Of a DNA stretch of 64,000 nt, positions 26,280 to 39,274 are shown one piece after another. This stretch comes from Chiloscyllium plagiosum (taxonomy: Eukaryota). The DNA lies in NCBI RefSeq assembly GCF_004010195.1, contig NC_057718.1:54655864-54719863 (forward strand), written 5' to 3'. Positions within the stretch are counted from its first letter, which is position 1. Each line of letters starts with the position of its first letter. The translations under genes were made by a program, and so were the position numbers. A model generated the notes under the pieces. The model had not been told where the DNA came from. It made no database searches and saw only the letters and a program-made list of their open reading frames with translations.

Positions 26280-27188
26280 TCACCATTGCACTACACACAC
26301 ATACACGGACACAGATACACACAGACGCGCACACAGACCCCCACACACACCCTTATAGACACACAGACTCCCACACATGCACCCCCTCACAGACTTAAGA
26401 CACTCTGCACTCACTACACACACACACACACACATTCTCACACTCACAACCCCCACCCCAGACAGACACACACACACAGACATACAAAGGCCCACATGCA
26501 CACATATATATTGTGTGTGGTGAATTGTTTTGGTNNNNNNNNNNNGAATTTTTTTTGGTACTTTCAGAGTTACATTGCACTTTGCTCAAAAACCACATAG
26601 ATTCATGTCGGACTCTAAGCAAAAAAACTGCATGAATTTATGTAAAACTCTGTTATTTCACTTTTTAGATTGGAATCAATCTAAATATCAGGTCATAGAC
26701 AGAGAATACAGGGGGCTAACACCTTCAACATATTGTCTAGTTATCACCATTGTTAACAGCTAACCCGAGAAAGCAATTTTAAAAAAAAAAGGGTTTTGTG
26801 ATTTACACATGAAAGTAGTGAAACTATCACTGTATTCTAACAGATGAAAGGCTTAACAGACAATCAATTCTTCTATGTATAATTTCAGTTACATCACACT
26901 GCAAATTTTTGCTATAAATTCTGTGTTACGATCGAGCCCTCCACAATCACCTGATGGAGTGTCGCTCCGAAAGCTAGTGTGCTTCCAATTAAACCTGTTG
27001 GACTATAACCTGGTGTTGTGTGATTTTTAACCTCTGGTCACAATGGTCAACAGGGGCCTTATAAGCAACAATGGAGTAGGAGCATTAGGGAAATGGTCAT
27101 TAGCACATTGCAGGCCACATAGGTGGAAATTGTTTCATATTAACATTGTTTACCAATGTTAAGTGAATACATCAACACAAATTTATTA

Positions 27189-27525
27189 CAGGTATGTAAT
27201 TCTTTATCCAAAACACGGGACTAGCTGATTTTCAGAATTCAGAATTTTTCAAATTTCTGAATAAGTGCCAGTTTAACGGTGAAATTTAAAAAAATATTAC
27301 TGAACAGCAGACTCACTGAGTAATGGGCCCCGAGAGAGAATTGAGGCCCAATGCTGGGCCACGCCCCACCCCCCCAGTTCACATCTGAGTGACACGCATT
27401 GAGTGGCTGTGGAGTTGCGTTAACTGTTTACATGCCAAACAACCTTGTTAATGAGATAAAAATTTCACAAAAAAACCTTTGGATATTGGAGCTTTTCAGA
27501 TTTTGGATGAAGGGTTGTCGACCTG
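27189..27525. mobile_element. Tc1/mariner (Tigger/pogo-like) MITE
   Basis: TA|caggt..tttatccaaaa ... ttttggatgaagggttgtcgacctg|TA; imperfect TIRs and TA target duplication. Confidence 0.6.
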
Positions 27526-27572
27526 TACTAATGTTAAAACAGCTTTGAGTGGGTCGACTGTTCTCTACTTGC

Positions 27573-27709
27573 CTGAAGGACTCATTATTTCTTGCTACTT
27601 GGTTCTGAATTCCATTTTCAATCTCTTCAGCAGTGAGAAGAGGCATTATAGAACTTGGGTTATTTGCCTGGGACAAGGATGCAGCTATTTCCACGCAACG
27701 ATCTGAAAT
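27573..27709 (-). CDS. PSME4: PSME4 coding exon 16/24 (137 nt), ends at a GC donor
   Basis: gttcag|ISDRCVEIAASLSQANNPSSIMPLLTAEEIENGIQNQVARNNESF+AG|gcaagt; phase 2 matches the next exon. Confidence 0.9.
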
Positions 27710-28498
27710 CTGAACAGATGAGCTACAGATTAATTACTGAATAACCTTTTTAAATCACAAGGAAATTAACAATAATATTCTGTTTAAGTTCAAAATAAGG
27801 AGCAGTTTTTATGTAATGGGCAATGTCCCTGACATAGTTTTCCCATTTTCTTTGCACATTCATAAATTAAAATTTGGCATGTGAAATCAACAGAAATTGT
27901 AAATCAAGTTGCATCTTAACATCTGAAAGAAATTCCTCTTTCCTAAACCCCAAATGACTTGACATGAAATCACATGATTATAGATTCTAATTAAAAAGGC
28001 CAGATTTTATTCTTGCACAACCCTTCCCTTAGTAAGCTCTTACAACCAGAAAGTTTGATGGAAATCCAATTTTTTGTTTGACAGAAATCTAGAGCAGTAA
28101 AGTTGTCATCTAAAAATAGCAGCAAGAAAGACTTGAACCCCAAAGATTGTGTCTGCATGTGCTTTCACTTTCCTGGTTCCATCTTGTTGTTACTGACTCT
28201 CCCTTCGATCTGAAAGCAGCTGAGCATTGACCCAACTCCTACTTCTCCCGTCTTTCCAAAATAAGTAGCCTCCAAGCATACAGGAGAGAAATTACAGTCT
28301 GTGTCATTAACTTTAAACAGTGTAGACCATGCTAAAGTCCTCCAACTGGCCTCCACTATCAACTCCTAGAAGTCGACGCAGCATGAAGAGGAGAGAAGCT
28401 TGACTTCATGCTCAAATGTTGAGCATTTTCTTACATTCAAATGAGAGGAAAAAATATTCCCAGAAATTTGCCTGATGAGAGCATCAATAATTACTTAC

Positions 28499-28708
28499 TC
28501 CAAAATCTAGGCCGATGGTTTCATACTGTCGATGTATCTTCTCTGCAAGGTCATCAAATAAACGAACTATGGAAGGTTTCTCCAAAAACATTGCTTTGCT
28601 GAGTCCTGAGGAGACTATTGCTGGCCATGTAGCAACAATGCAGTCCCAGTCATGAAGATTGGCCAGGCAGACTCCATTGTGATTACCAAGAAGACAATAC
28701 AAAGCACC
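28499..28708 (-). CDS. PSME4: PSME4 coding exon 15/24 (210 nt)
   Basis: aaccag|[70 protein letters not shown]|gtaagt. Confidence 0.97.
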
Positions 28709-28917
28709 CTGGTTTGAAATATATACAGAAGAAATATTTTAGTCTCAAATGTACTGGTCTGTCATTGCCATTGGGTACAAAAGTACACCACTGACATATA
28801 CAAAGATAACATCAAGTCAGATGGGACATTTGCTAACAGAAGAACCATACACAAATTGATACAATAGGACTGATACTGGTACTATGATAATACTTCAAGA
28901 CACATCAAAATACTTAC

Positions 28918-29049
28918 TTTCAATTGTTGTTGACTTATATTCTGTCTGTCAGGATGCAAGTATTCCAGCACCAGTGGAATAAGATCTCGACAGCAAAAAT
29001 TGTAAGTCCCCAAGGCTGTGAAGAAAACTTGCTGGGCTTTACTACGCAC
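28918..29049 (-). CDS. PSME4: PSME4 coding exon 14/24 (132 nt)
   Basis: ttgcag|[44 protein letters not shown]|gtaagt. Confidence 0.96.
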
Positions 29050-29204
29050 CTGCAAATGCATATAACCATTGAGAAAAGGCAGGACAATTTTTCCACGGTT
29101 TAAATTACAATTTCTTATTCAGGAAGTTATTTAAAGAATCATTTAATGAGTGATGAATTGTTATTCTGACATTTTAATAAGTAAGTGTATTCAATGCCAA
29201 AATT

Positions 29205-32200
29205 CCTAATCGCTTTAGCTGCTTGGGAGGATTTAAACTAGTAAGGTGGGAGTGGGGGTGGGCGGGACCCAGGGAAATAGTGAGGAAAGAGGGAAAGAGA
29301 TCAATCTGTGACTGGTTACAGTTGAGAATAGAAGCAAGTCAAACAAACCGTCAGAGCAGGCAGGAAAAGGTCGGACTAATAAATTAAACTGCATTTATTT
29401 CAAGGCAAGGGGCCTAACAGGGAAGGCAGATGAACTCAGGGCATGGTTAGGAACATGGGACTGGGATATCATAGCAATTACAGAAACATGGCTCAGGATT
29501 GGACAGGACTGGCAGCTTAATGTTCCAGGATACAAATGCTACAGGAATGATAGAAAAGGAGGCAAGAGAGGAAGAGGGGTGGCATTTTTGATAACGGATA
29601 GCATTACAGCTGTACTGAGGGAGGATAGTCCCAGAAATATATCCAGGGAAGTTATTTGGGTGGAACTGAGAAATAAGAAAGGGATGATCACCTTATTGGG
29701 ATTGTATTATAGACCCCCTAATAGTCAGAGGGAAATTGAGAAACAAACTTGTAAGGTGATCTCAGCTAACTGTAAGAATAATAGGGTGGTTATGGTAGGG
29801 GATTTTAACTTTCCAAACATAGTGTTAAGGATTTAGATTAGATTAGATTACATTACAGTGTGGAAACAGGCCCTTCGGCCCAACAAGTCCACACCGACCC
29901 GCCGAAGCGAAACCCACCCATACCCCTACATTTACCCCTTACCTAACACTACGGGCAATTTAGCATGGCCAATTCACCTGACCCTGCACATCTTTTGGAC
30001 TGTGGGAGGAAACCGGAGCACCCGGAGGAAACCCACGCAGACACGGGGAGAACGTGCAAACTCCACACAGTCAGTCGCCTGAGGCGGGAATTGAACCCGG
30101 GTCTCAGGCGCTGTGAGGCAGCAGTGAGAGGAATTTGTTAAGTGTGCACAAGACAATTTTCTGATTCAGTACGTGGATGTACCTACTAGAAATGGTGCAA
30201 AACTTGACTTACTCTTGGGAAATAAGGCAAGGCAGGTGACTGAGGTGTCAGTGGGGGAGCACTTGGGGCCAGCGACCATAATTCTATTAGATTTAAAATA
30301 GTGATGGGAAAGGATAGACCAGATCTAAAAGTTGAAGTTCTAAATTGGAGAAAGGCCAATTTTGATGGTATTAGGCAAGAACGTTCGAAAGCTGATTGGG
30401 GGCAGATGTTCGCAGGTAAAGGGAAGGCTGGAAAATGGGTAGCCTCCAGAAATGAGATAACGAGAACCCAGAGAAAGTATATTCCTGTTAGGGTGAAAGG
30501 AAAGGCTGATAGGTGTAGGGAATGCTGGATGACTAAAGAAATTGAGGGTTTGGTTAAGAAAAAGAAGGAAGCATATGTAAGGTATAGACAGGATAGATCA
30601 AGTGAATCCTTAGAAGAGTATAAAGGAAGTAGAAGTATACTTAAGAGGGAAATCAGGAGGGCAAAAAGGGGACATGAGATAGCTTTGGTAAATACAATTA
30701 AGGAGAATCCAAAGAGTTTTTACAAATACATTAAGGACAAAAGGGTAACTAGGGACAGAATAGGGCCCCTCAAAGATCAGCAAAGCGGCCTTTGTGTGGA
30801 GCTGCAGAAAATGGGGGAGATACTAAATGAGTACTTTGCATCAGTATTTACTGTGGAAAAGGATAAGGAAAATATAGACTGTAGGGAAATAGATGGTGAC
30901 ATGTTGCAAAATGCTCAGATTACAGAGGAGGAAGTGCTAAATGTCTTGAAATGCATAAAAATGGATAAATCCTCAGGACGTGATCAGGTGTACCCTAGAA
31001 CTCTATAGGAAGCTAGAGAAGTGATTGCTGGGCCTCTTGCTGAGATATTTGTATCATCGATAGTCACAGGTGAGGTGCTGGAAGACTGGAGGTTGGCAAA
31101 CGTGGTGCCACTGTTTATAAAGGGTGGTAAGGACAAGCCAGGGAACTATAGACTGGTGAGCCTGATGTCAGTGGTGGGCAAGTTGGTGGAGGGAATCCTG
31201 AGGGACAGGATGTATTTGGAAAGGCAAGGACTGATTAGGGATAGTCAACATGGCATTATGCATGGGAAATCATTTCTCACAAACTTGACTGAGGTTTTTG
31301 AGGAAGTAACAAATGGGATTGATGAGGGCAGAGTGGTATACGTGATCTACATGGACATCAGTAAGGCGTTCAACAAGGTTCCCCATGGGAGACTGATTAG
31401 CAAAGTTAGATCTCACGGAATACAGGGAGAACTAGCCATTTGGATACAGAACTGGCTCACAGGAAGAAGACAAAGGGTGGTGGTGGTGGAGGGTTGTTTT
31501 TCAGACTGGAGGCCTGTGACCAGTGGAGTGCCACAAGGATCGGTGCTGGGTTCTCTACTTTTGTCATTTACATAAATGATTTGAATGCGTGCATGAGAGG
31601 TACAGTTAGTAAGTTTGCAGATGACACCAAAATTGGAGGTGTAGTGGACAGCGAAGAGGGTTACCTCAGATTACAATAGGGCCTTGACCAGATGGGCCAA
31701 TGGGCTGAGAAGTGGCAGATGGAGTTTAATTCAGATAAAAGCGAGATGCTGCATTTTGGGAAAGCAAATCTTATCAGGACTTATACACTTAATGGTAAGG
31801 TTCTAGGGAGTGTTGCTGAACAAAGAGACCTTGGAGTGCAGATTCATAGCTCCTTGAAAGTGGAGTCGCAGGTAGATAGNNNNNNNNNNNNNGCTATAGG
31901 GAGAGGCTGAACAGGCTGGGACTGTTTTCCCTGGAGCGTCAGAGGCTGAGGGGTGACCTTATAGAGGTTTACAAAATTATGAGGGGCATGGATAGGGTAA
32001 ATAGGCAAAGTTTTTTCCCTGGGGTCGGGGAGTCCAGAACTAGAGGGCTTAGGGTGAGAGGAGAAAAATATAAGAGACCTATGGGGCAACGTTTTCACGC
32101 AGAGGGTGGTATGAGTATGGAATGAGTTGCCGGAGGATGTGGTGGAGGCTGGTACAATTGCAACATTTAAGAGGCATTTGGATGGGTATATGAATAGAAA

Positions 32201-32320
32201 GGGTTTGGAGGGATATGGGCCGGGTGCTGACAGGTGAGACTAGGTTGGGTTGGGATATCTGGTCGGCATGGACGGGTTGGACCGAAGGGTCTGTTTCCAT
32301 GCTGTACATCTCTATGACTA
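29205..32320 (+). mobile_element. CR1-like LINE, most of ORF2 plus 3' end, decayed; nested SINE; N-gap 31880-31892
   Basis: EN (AITETWL, GLYYRPP, VGDFNFP) and RT (NVVPLF, SQHG, QGSVLG, KFADDTK) motifs; tail ctgtacatctctatgact. Confidence 0.93.
29833..30126 (-). mobile_element. HE1-type V-SINE, young, 5'-truncated, nested in CR1
   Basis: Near-identical reverse complement of the 42344 copy; (TCTAA)n tail merges with the target tttagat. Confidence 0.9.
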
Positions 32321-34324
32321 TTCATTTGCTTTTTATACATTGAGTAAATAATGTGAATAAACATGTTACAAGTTAATTATACATAGTTACACATAAAATG
32401 AAGAGCGTTAAGTTATATTTCACCAAACTGCCTTTTTGAAAATTTTGTAGAAAAGGTTCGTCATACAAAAGCAAGAACAGAATACGTCAAATGCTGTCCA
32501 CATAATTCATCAGCCGTACTGTCTCATTAAAGCATTTACTTTTGTCTTCATTTGTAACATTTTTTATATTATTTGTTTACTTAAGGTAATATGGATATTT
32601 TTAGAGCTTCATAGATTTTCTTTATCAATTCTCCTCTCACCTTATGGTAGGAAAAAAGCCTTAATAAATAGAAACGCTGCCAAAACTTACAAATATATGA
32701 ATTAAGAGCAGAAGCAGACCATTCAGCTCGTGCCTGCATGGCCATTCAACAAAACCACAGCTAATCTGTTTCTGTTTAATTCCACCTTTCCATTTATCCC
32801 TCAGATTCTTATTATATGAGGGAACTGAACACCATCTACACTGCCTTAAAAATTTTAATTGACTAAGCCTCCAGCATATTCTGTGACAGTATCAGCCCTT
32901 CATCTCGGCCTAAAACAATGACTCCTAATTAAGGACTTTGAGGTCCTTAGTTCTGGACTCATCCACAATAGGTAACATCAGAACTCTTCTAAACTAACAG
33001 TTGAAGTAAACCCAGTTACTACTTGTGGTGTAGCATAATGTACCATCATTTATTACACCATGGATTTCCAATGCATCACAGCTCACAGCCACAAAAAAAA
33101 TTGTTAAACTCTTAAAAGACTACTTACTTTCATAAATATAAAGGAAGGAAAATGAACATAATAAAAGGAGGTAAAAAAGGAATATAAAGAAAACATGGTA
33201 TAATAGTATATGCGATTCTAAATTCAAATGTTATGATGTATGGTTATTTTTTACTTGCCAAACTGTAGTACGATTTTGAGTTTGCTAGTTTGAGGGGCAT
33301 ATGGACACAGTTGGTGAGAGTTGGGAATATCTGTTAAATACTATGGCTTGCTAAGCAGAATAACAAATTTTGAAACAGTGAAAATAGTATGAGTTTTCAT
33401 GGACAAGTTGCACAAAAAAGTATTTTTTAAATCAAATTGAAATTTAATCTAGCTTTCTTAATTCAATAAAACTGCAAGCAGGTTAACAGTTAAATCAATC
33501 ATAAGTGGGGTCCTTGGCTAACAACTGTAATTGGCAATTGGCTAACTGGTTGTAACTCGTGGTTCTGAACGATACATATCAGCAAAAAGAAGAAAAGGGA
33601 AAATTTGTGCATAGGAAGAAGTAGATGCTAAGTATTTGAAACCACGTAGTAACAATTTAAATAACTGAAGTCATAAGTTCATTGCAGGGGTATGATAGCC
33701 AATTTGGTATGGGAGGGTGATGAGGTGATGGTCTCTGTAAGAGCTAGATTTCTCAAGAATTTTAGATCACATTAAAAAGAACAGTTGGCTACCAGTCTGG
33801 GAGATAAATGATAGTACAGCAAGAGGAATCAATAGGCTTCTCAGGGTGCGTCTCTATTTAAACAGCTTAGTTTTAGGTTCAAGAACATTTTGACTGCAGA
33901 ACAGAAAACATTTCCCTCAAACAGCTCATTTGAAATTGTGCATTTTGATTAAAGGGGTTTAAAACTTGTGAAATCAGGGATTCTTAACAGCAAGTTTTCA
34001 TACCAGTGAATAACATTCGAACCAAGAGACCTCTAACCTGAGATGGCTATGTATAAGATACTAGAGTCCTGTGTTCAACATTAGGATAGTTAGAGGAAAT
34101 TTAAAGGGGTAATTTGCCTGAAAAAGTGGAAGCCCCAAGAAATCTCAATTTTATGTAAACTATAAAGCAGTACTCAGATCAATCTTCTAATTTTTGCTAA
34201 GAAAATGATGTGGGATTTTGCACAAATGGATGCAAAAGGAAAAAGAAAAGTTGGTTGAGATTAATTGCGTTAATTGCATCTTTCAAAATCATTCAAATGA
34301 TCTTGAATGCAATGAGAAAGAATG

Positions 34325-34890
34325 AGAGAGTCAGGAAATAGACACTTCTATCCAACCAGTCCATGCTGACCATAATCCTGAACTAAACTCGTCCCACCTT
34401 CCTGCACTTGGTCCATATTCCTCAAAACATTTCTCATTCATTTTACACACCCAAATATATTGTAAACATGCTAACTTTACCTGCACCCATCATTTCCTCT
34501 GCAAGTTCATTTCACACACAAACCACTACAAAATTTCCCCCTCAGGTCTTTAAATCCCTCATCTTACCTTAATACCCCCAGCCTTGAAACCCCCATCCTA
34601 GGAAAAAGACACCTGTCATTCATATTATCAATACCCATCATGATTTTATGAACCACGACAAGGTCACCTCTCAACCTCCTATGCTCCAGTTAAAAAAGAC
34701 CCAGTACATCCTTAAAACTCAAATTCCACTCCCAGCAACCTCCTGGTAAATCTCTTCTGAACCCTCTGCAGCTTAATAATATCCTTCCTATAACAGGGCA
34801 ATCAGAACGGGACACAGTAGTCCAGAAGTGGCCTCACCAATGTCCTGTACAACCTCAAAATAATGTCCCAACTCCTATACTCAAAGATCT
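34325..34890 (-). mobile_element. CR1-like LINE 3' fragment
   Basis: Homologous to 8475-9080 (ccatgctgacc.., ccaatgtcctgtacaacctc, tcccaactcctatactcaa). Confidence 0.8.
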
Positions 34891-36429
34891 GAGTGGTTGT
34901 TTAAAAACAGTTGTTTTTTGATTCAGCTTTGGTAAAATTCTTCTGACATAAACCACAAATATTATGGCTCCATCCATTTCATTAATTTTTCTGATTCTAA
35001 AAACTAACATTACTGGTCTCTACCAATATCATAACAGGGGTTAAATAACCTCTTAAGAGTTAAATAAAAACCTGAAATATATAAATAATAAAGTGAATAA
35101 TAATAAACTAGATCCACTCATTCCATATACTAGCATTGGTCATATGGGGACTCCAGGATGCCATGTATCTCCTAGATATAAAACACAGAAAGCTATCTGG
35201 AGTGAATGCAGAATGTATGCAAAAAGACAGAATTTCCTTAAGTGGACATTCCAACAGGTGGTCACCCTATAACCAAATGGGGTCCAACAAAACATTAAGT
35301 GCATGAGTCTGGAATTGTAGTTTTCAGTAATGTTACTGGAGGGTGGTGTAGTTGAGAGAAAATCCATGACAATGTGGGAAAATGGATGCACAGGAAGCAA
35401 AATAGCATACAAAGCACAGTAGACTAGATGAACAATCAATTTCTGCAATGACCAATTTGTGTCTTGCATGGTGTGCTGCTTTACCATGTTGCTGGGTAAA
35501 GAGATGTCACAACAGACTACACCATGGAAGAAAAGGAAGACCTAGACATCGTGGTCCAGACTTTAACTAATGGCATATGTAGGAAGAGGTTAAAATCCTA
35601 TATATAAATTTCAGGACCTACAGAAAAAGTTTAAAAGCAAAACTTTAAGTAATAGTGATCTCTGGATTATTTGACTGGATTACTTACAGTCAAGTGCCAG
35701 TAAGAGCAGTAGATTAAAACAAGTGTGGCTATAGTATGTGGCTAGATAAAAGAATTGGGAGATTCCACAGATTTCTGGGCTTTGGAGATCAGATTTTGCA
35801 ATAATGCAAAATCAATGGTTACAAGGCTGTGACCAATGCCATTAGAGGGAAGTTAATTGATGCTATGAAAGAAGTTCAAATCAATTTCACAGGGAACGGA
35901 CACCTAGGAAAAACATGTGAGGGGCAAATTAGGTGGGACAAGTGAAATATACATCATGGCAAGCATTTGAAAACAGTGAAAACTAAGTTATGAATAATTA
36001 TGAAAACAGACAAAGGCAAGTCAAATGTGAAAATACTTCCAATTGGAAAAGGTTTAATTTCAATGCGTTAAAATAGGATCAGGGATGAGTTGAAACCAAA
36101 GACTAGCAGATAAAGCTATAAAAGAGGAATTGGAAGCCTTAAAAGGGAAAAGGTAGGAAACATACTGGGAAGGCGGAGTGTGCTTACAGAACAGTGAAAA
36201 GCATCCAAAGTTGCCTGGCTGATTAAAGAAAAAGGAAGCTTATGATAAATGCCTAGTTCATTATACAGTAGCTGAATATGAAAACTCCAGGAGAATTTTA
36301 AAAGAAAACCGGTCAGAGGAAGATCAATAATCAAATAACGTAGATTCAAAGTAGTGCAGAAATGAACCAGAAATGACACAATGACAAACAAATAACAAAC
36401 GTTGTCCTCATGATCTGGAATGTGCTGCC

Positions 36430-36648
36430 TGAACTTTTTATTTCTTTATTCTTCTAACTTACCTCCAAGATTCTGTACTTAAAATGATGTGAAGGTCTGT
36501 AATGGGGACTTGTTGTTATTTCTTTATATTTCTAATTTATTCCAAAAGAATCGGTACCTAGATACCTTTGTACCTAAGATGCGCCATAAGCGGCAACTTT
36601 GCAAACCTTTCACTGTCCTCATGTAAGTACGTGACAATAAACTTAAGT
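36430..36648 (+). mobile_element. Non-LTR retroelement 3' end (Rex1/L2-like tail)
   Basis: Ends ..ccttttcactgtcctcatgtaagtacgtgacaataaac, resembling Rex1-type tails (recognition only). Confidence 0.4.
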
Positions 36649-37284
36649 TTACTTCCACTGTTAGAATTAATAACAAGTTTCAAAACGGCACTGGACAAAT
36701 AGTTGAAGTATAACAAATTCAAGGGCTCGAGCAAAAGAAAAGAACAGGCAGACTCATTGGATAGCTCTTTCAAAGAGCTAGCACAAGCATAAAGAACTGA
36801 ATAGTCCCTTTATATATCATCCCATGACTATAGTTTTGAAGTAAACTTGGCACATGGAAATGTCCTGAATTCCGGTCAACAATATGTTAGTAGGCATGGC
36901 TCTAGAATATGAAAACATACCAAGGAATGAACAGGAAACGACTTCCAACCATTTGAATAAATTATATTAATAGGATTTGTTGCACACTAAGCCTTAGAAA
37001 AAAAAGGGAGGCACCACATGAAGATATACAGCAAATAGAATGGCACGAGGTATTATATACATATGGCTTTACAGATAGAGATCTATAAATGACAAACAGC
37101 AAAAGCTACAAAAAATGAAGCTTCTTGGACAGGATACTTTGTTGCAGTGACAGCACTAATTACAATACATACATATTTGAGCTTACGAATATTAAAAAGT
37201 TATGATAAAATTAAGGGAAAGGGCAAACTACAAGAAGTACTGGGGAGAAATAACATTGCTTGTAAATTACATTGCAGAAAAACT

Positions 37285-37660
37285 GCACTGGAGGCAGTCC
37301 ACAGAAGGTTCATCCCAGGTAGGGAGATGTTGAGTAGATGGTGTTCTGACTCTTAGAATACTAGAAAGGGTAGATTAGATTAGATTACTTAGATGCAGAC
37401 AGATTGCTTCCCCCTGTGGGGAGTTAAGGACCAAAGGGCATAAGTTTGGAGTAAGGGGATGCCCATTTAAGAAACAGCTGAGGAGAATATTTTTCTTTGC
37501 TCAGAGGTTCATGAATCAGTGGAATTCTTTACCACAGAGGGCTATCAAGGCTGGGTTATTAAGCATATTGCAGATTTTTAATCACTAAGGAAATCAAGGG
37601 TTTCAGGGATAAGGCAGGAAAAATGAAATTGAAGATGATCAGATTAACTATGATCTCACA
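37285..37660 (+). mobile_element. Old CR1-like 3' fragment
   Basis: ctggaggcagtccacagaaggttc.., tcagaggttcatgaatcagtggaattctttaccacagagggct. Confidence 0.7.
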
Positions 37661-37804
37661 GATTACATGCAAGTACAAATGGAAAAAGGTTGATTTAAAT
37701 GGAAGTAGAGGAATTTCATGCAGCTGCATTAAACATTGAAAGTGTGAGCACCAGTACATAATACCATACAAGTGGCAAACAAAATTCTGTATTTGGAATC
37801 AAAA

Positions 37805-38136
37805 GCATGATGGCTCAGCGGCTACTACTGCTGCCTCACAGCACCAGGGACTGGGGTTCGATTCCAGTCTCAGGTGACTGTCTGCATGGAATTGACACAT
37901 TCTCCCAGAGTCTGCGTGGGTTTTCTACAAGTGCTCCAGTTTCCTCCCACAGTCCAAAGATGTGCAGGTTAGGTGGATTGCCTATGTTAAATTGTCTATA
38001 GTGTCTGAGGATATGCAGGCTAGGTGGCTAAGCCATGGAAAATGCACAGTTTCAGTGATAGGGTCTGGGTGAGTTGCCCTTTAGAGGATTGGTGTTGACT
38101 TGATGGGCTCCTTCCACACTGTAGGAATTCTATGAT
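37805..38136 (+). mobile_element. HE1-type V-SINE (degenerate)
   Basis: Head tggctcagcgg..ggttcgattcc, V-domain, tail ccacactgtaggaattctatg. Confidence 0.78.
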
Positions 38137-38552
38137 TGTAAAAGCATTGAAGATAAATAAAAGGTGGTAACGTTTCCCATGTACAAGACCACAGTTAGGC
38201 TGCAATTAGCCCAATATATAGTTATGCTCACATCAATATGGGAAAGCAACAGAAATCTGCATCAATGTTATCAGAGAATAAAATGTTGAGAAATGTTGTT
38301 AATTCTATCCCAGTGTAGCCGAGAGGTGGTCAGATAGAGATCTGTAAGATTATCAAGGGATAGTAGACCATCCAACATAGCCTTATATAAAACGGAGCCA
38401 CACTAAAGTTTTCAGGTGAGGGCTGCTTAGAAAGTGTACATGCGTGCATTGGGGCGAAAGGGCGGGGAAGAAAGAGAACAAAAAAAAGAGTTAAAAGGGA
38501 AAGCAACGCCATAACTAAATAGAATGTAGAATTTCTTACAATAAACAAAAAC

Positions 38553-38760
38553 GACCATAAGACATAGGAGCAGAAATTGGGCCATTTGGCCCATCGGCCA
38601 TGATTGAATAGCTGTAAATTCCTCAACCTCATTTTCTTGCCTTCTCCCCATAATCTTTGATCCCCTTACCAAGAACCTATCTATCCCCGTTTTAAACATA
38701 CTCAATGACCTGGCTTCCACAGCCTTTTGTGGCGAAGAATTCCATAGATTCACTAAACAT
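38553..38760 (-). mobile_element. CR1-like LINE 3' tail
   Basis: Peptide LVNLWNSSPQKAVEARSLSMFKTGIDRFL plus tail. Confidence 0.8.
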
Positions 38761-38916
38761 GAATTCCCCTTCCATACAGGCAAAGGGGAAACTAGATACG
38801 TGTTTGAAAAAAGATTATTAATAAATGGGCAGGGAGGCCCTGCCCATTCAGTCGAGTAGAGGGAAAAAGACTCCAAATATTAGATATTTTAATTCTTGGA
38901 ATTTATTGTGAGTCAC

Positions 38917-39012
38917 CTGACTGTATGTGCTGGTTGACAATAGCAGGAGATCTCGCATCAGGTCACTGTGTATTGTTTTGTATTCACAGCCTTCAACAGT
39001 CAAAGTTCGCAG
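38917..39012 (-). CDS. PSME4: PSME4 coding exon 13/24 (96 nt)
   Basis: gtacag|LRTLTVEGCEYKTIHSDLMRDLLLLSTSTYSQ|gtgact. Confidence 0.96.
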
Positions 39013-39211
39013 CTGTACATGAGAAACAAAATAATGATCACTTTATGCAAACTGCAATGGGTTAACATTTTGAAATTATAAGGAGGTTTGAAGTTTTGTG
39101 AAAAAATGCTGAATTAAAATTTATTCAAAAGTTTAAATCCATATAGCTTAAAAATGTATTCACATTAATTCCAGAATAAATAAGAGACCAAGTTATGTAG
39201 TCTACACAAAC

Positions 39212-39274
39212 CTCGTGCTGCAGCATAACTCGATCAATCAGCAGTGCTCGGATATGCTGTTTCTTTCCATGCAG
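39212..39274 (-). CDS. PSME4: PSME4 coding exon 12/24 (63 nt)
   Basis: atacag|[21 protein letters not shown]|gtttgt. Confidence 0.96.

Larger units (their letters stand above)
24391..27031 (+). mobile_element. Penelope-like retroelement (family A, Neptune-like), 5'-truncated, with inverted pseudo-LTRs
   Basis: RT and GIY-YIG remnant; ~360-bp inverted arms 24428-24787 / 26673-27031; 37-nt tail 24391-24427; TSD ctctggtcac (24381-24390, 27032-27041); (CA)-rich 3' region. Confidence 0.93.

Noticed and set aside
26286..26515. His/Thr-rich and Cys/Val-rich ORFs; repeat-array-like pattern
   Set aside because: (CA)n-rich low-complexity 3' region of the PLE; no repeat-spacer structure, so not CRISPR and not coding.
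31880..31892. Apparent ~200-bp deletion in the CR1 3' region
   Set aside because: Coincides with an N gap, so it is an assembly artefact. The gaps at 13573-13640 and 26535-26545 likewise limit interpretation.
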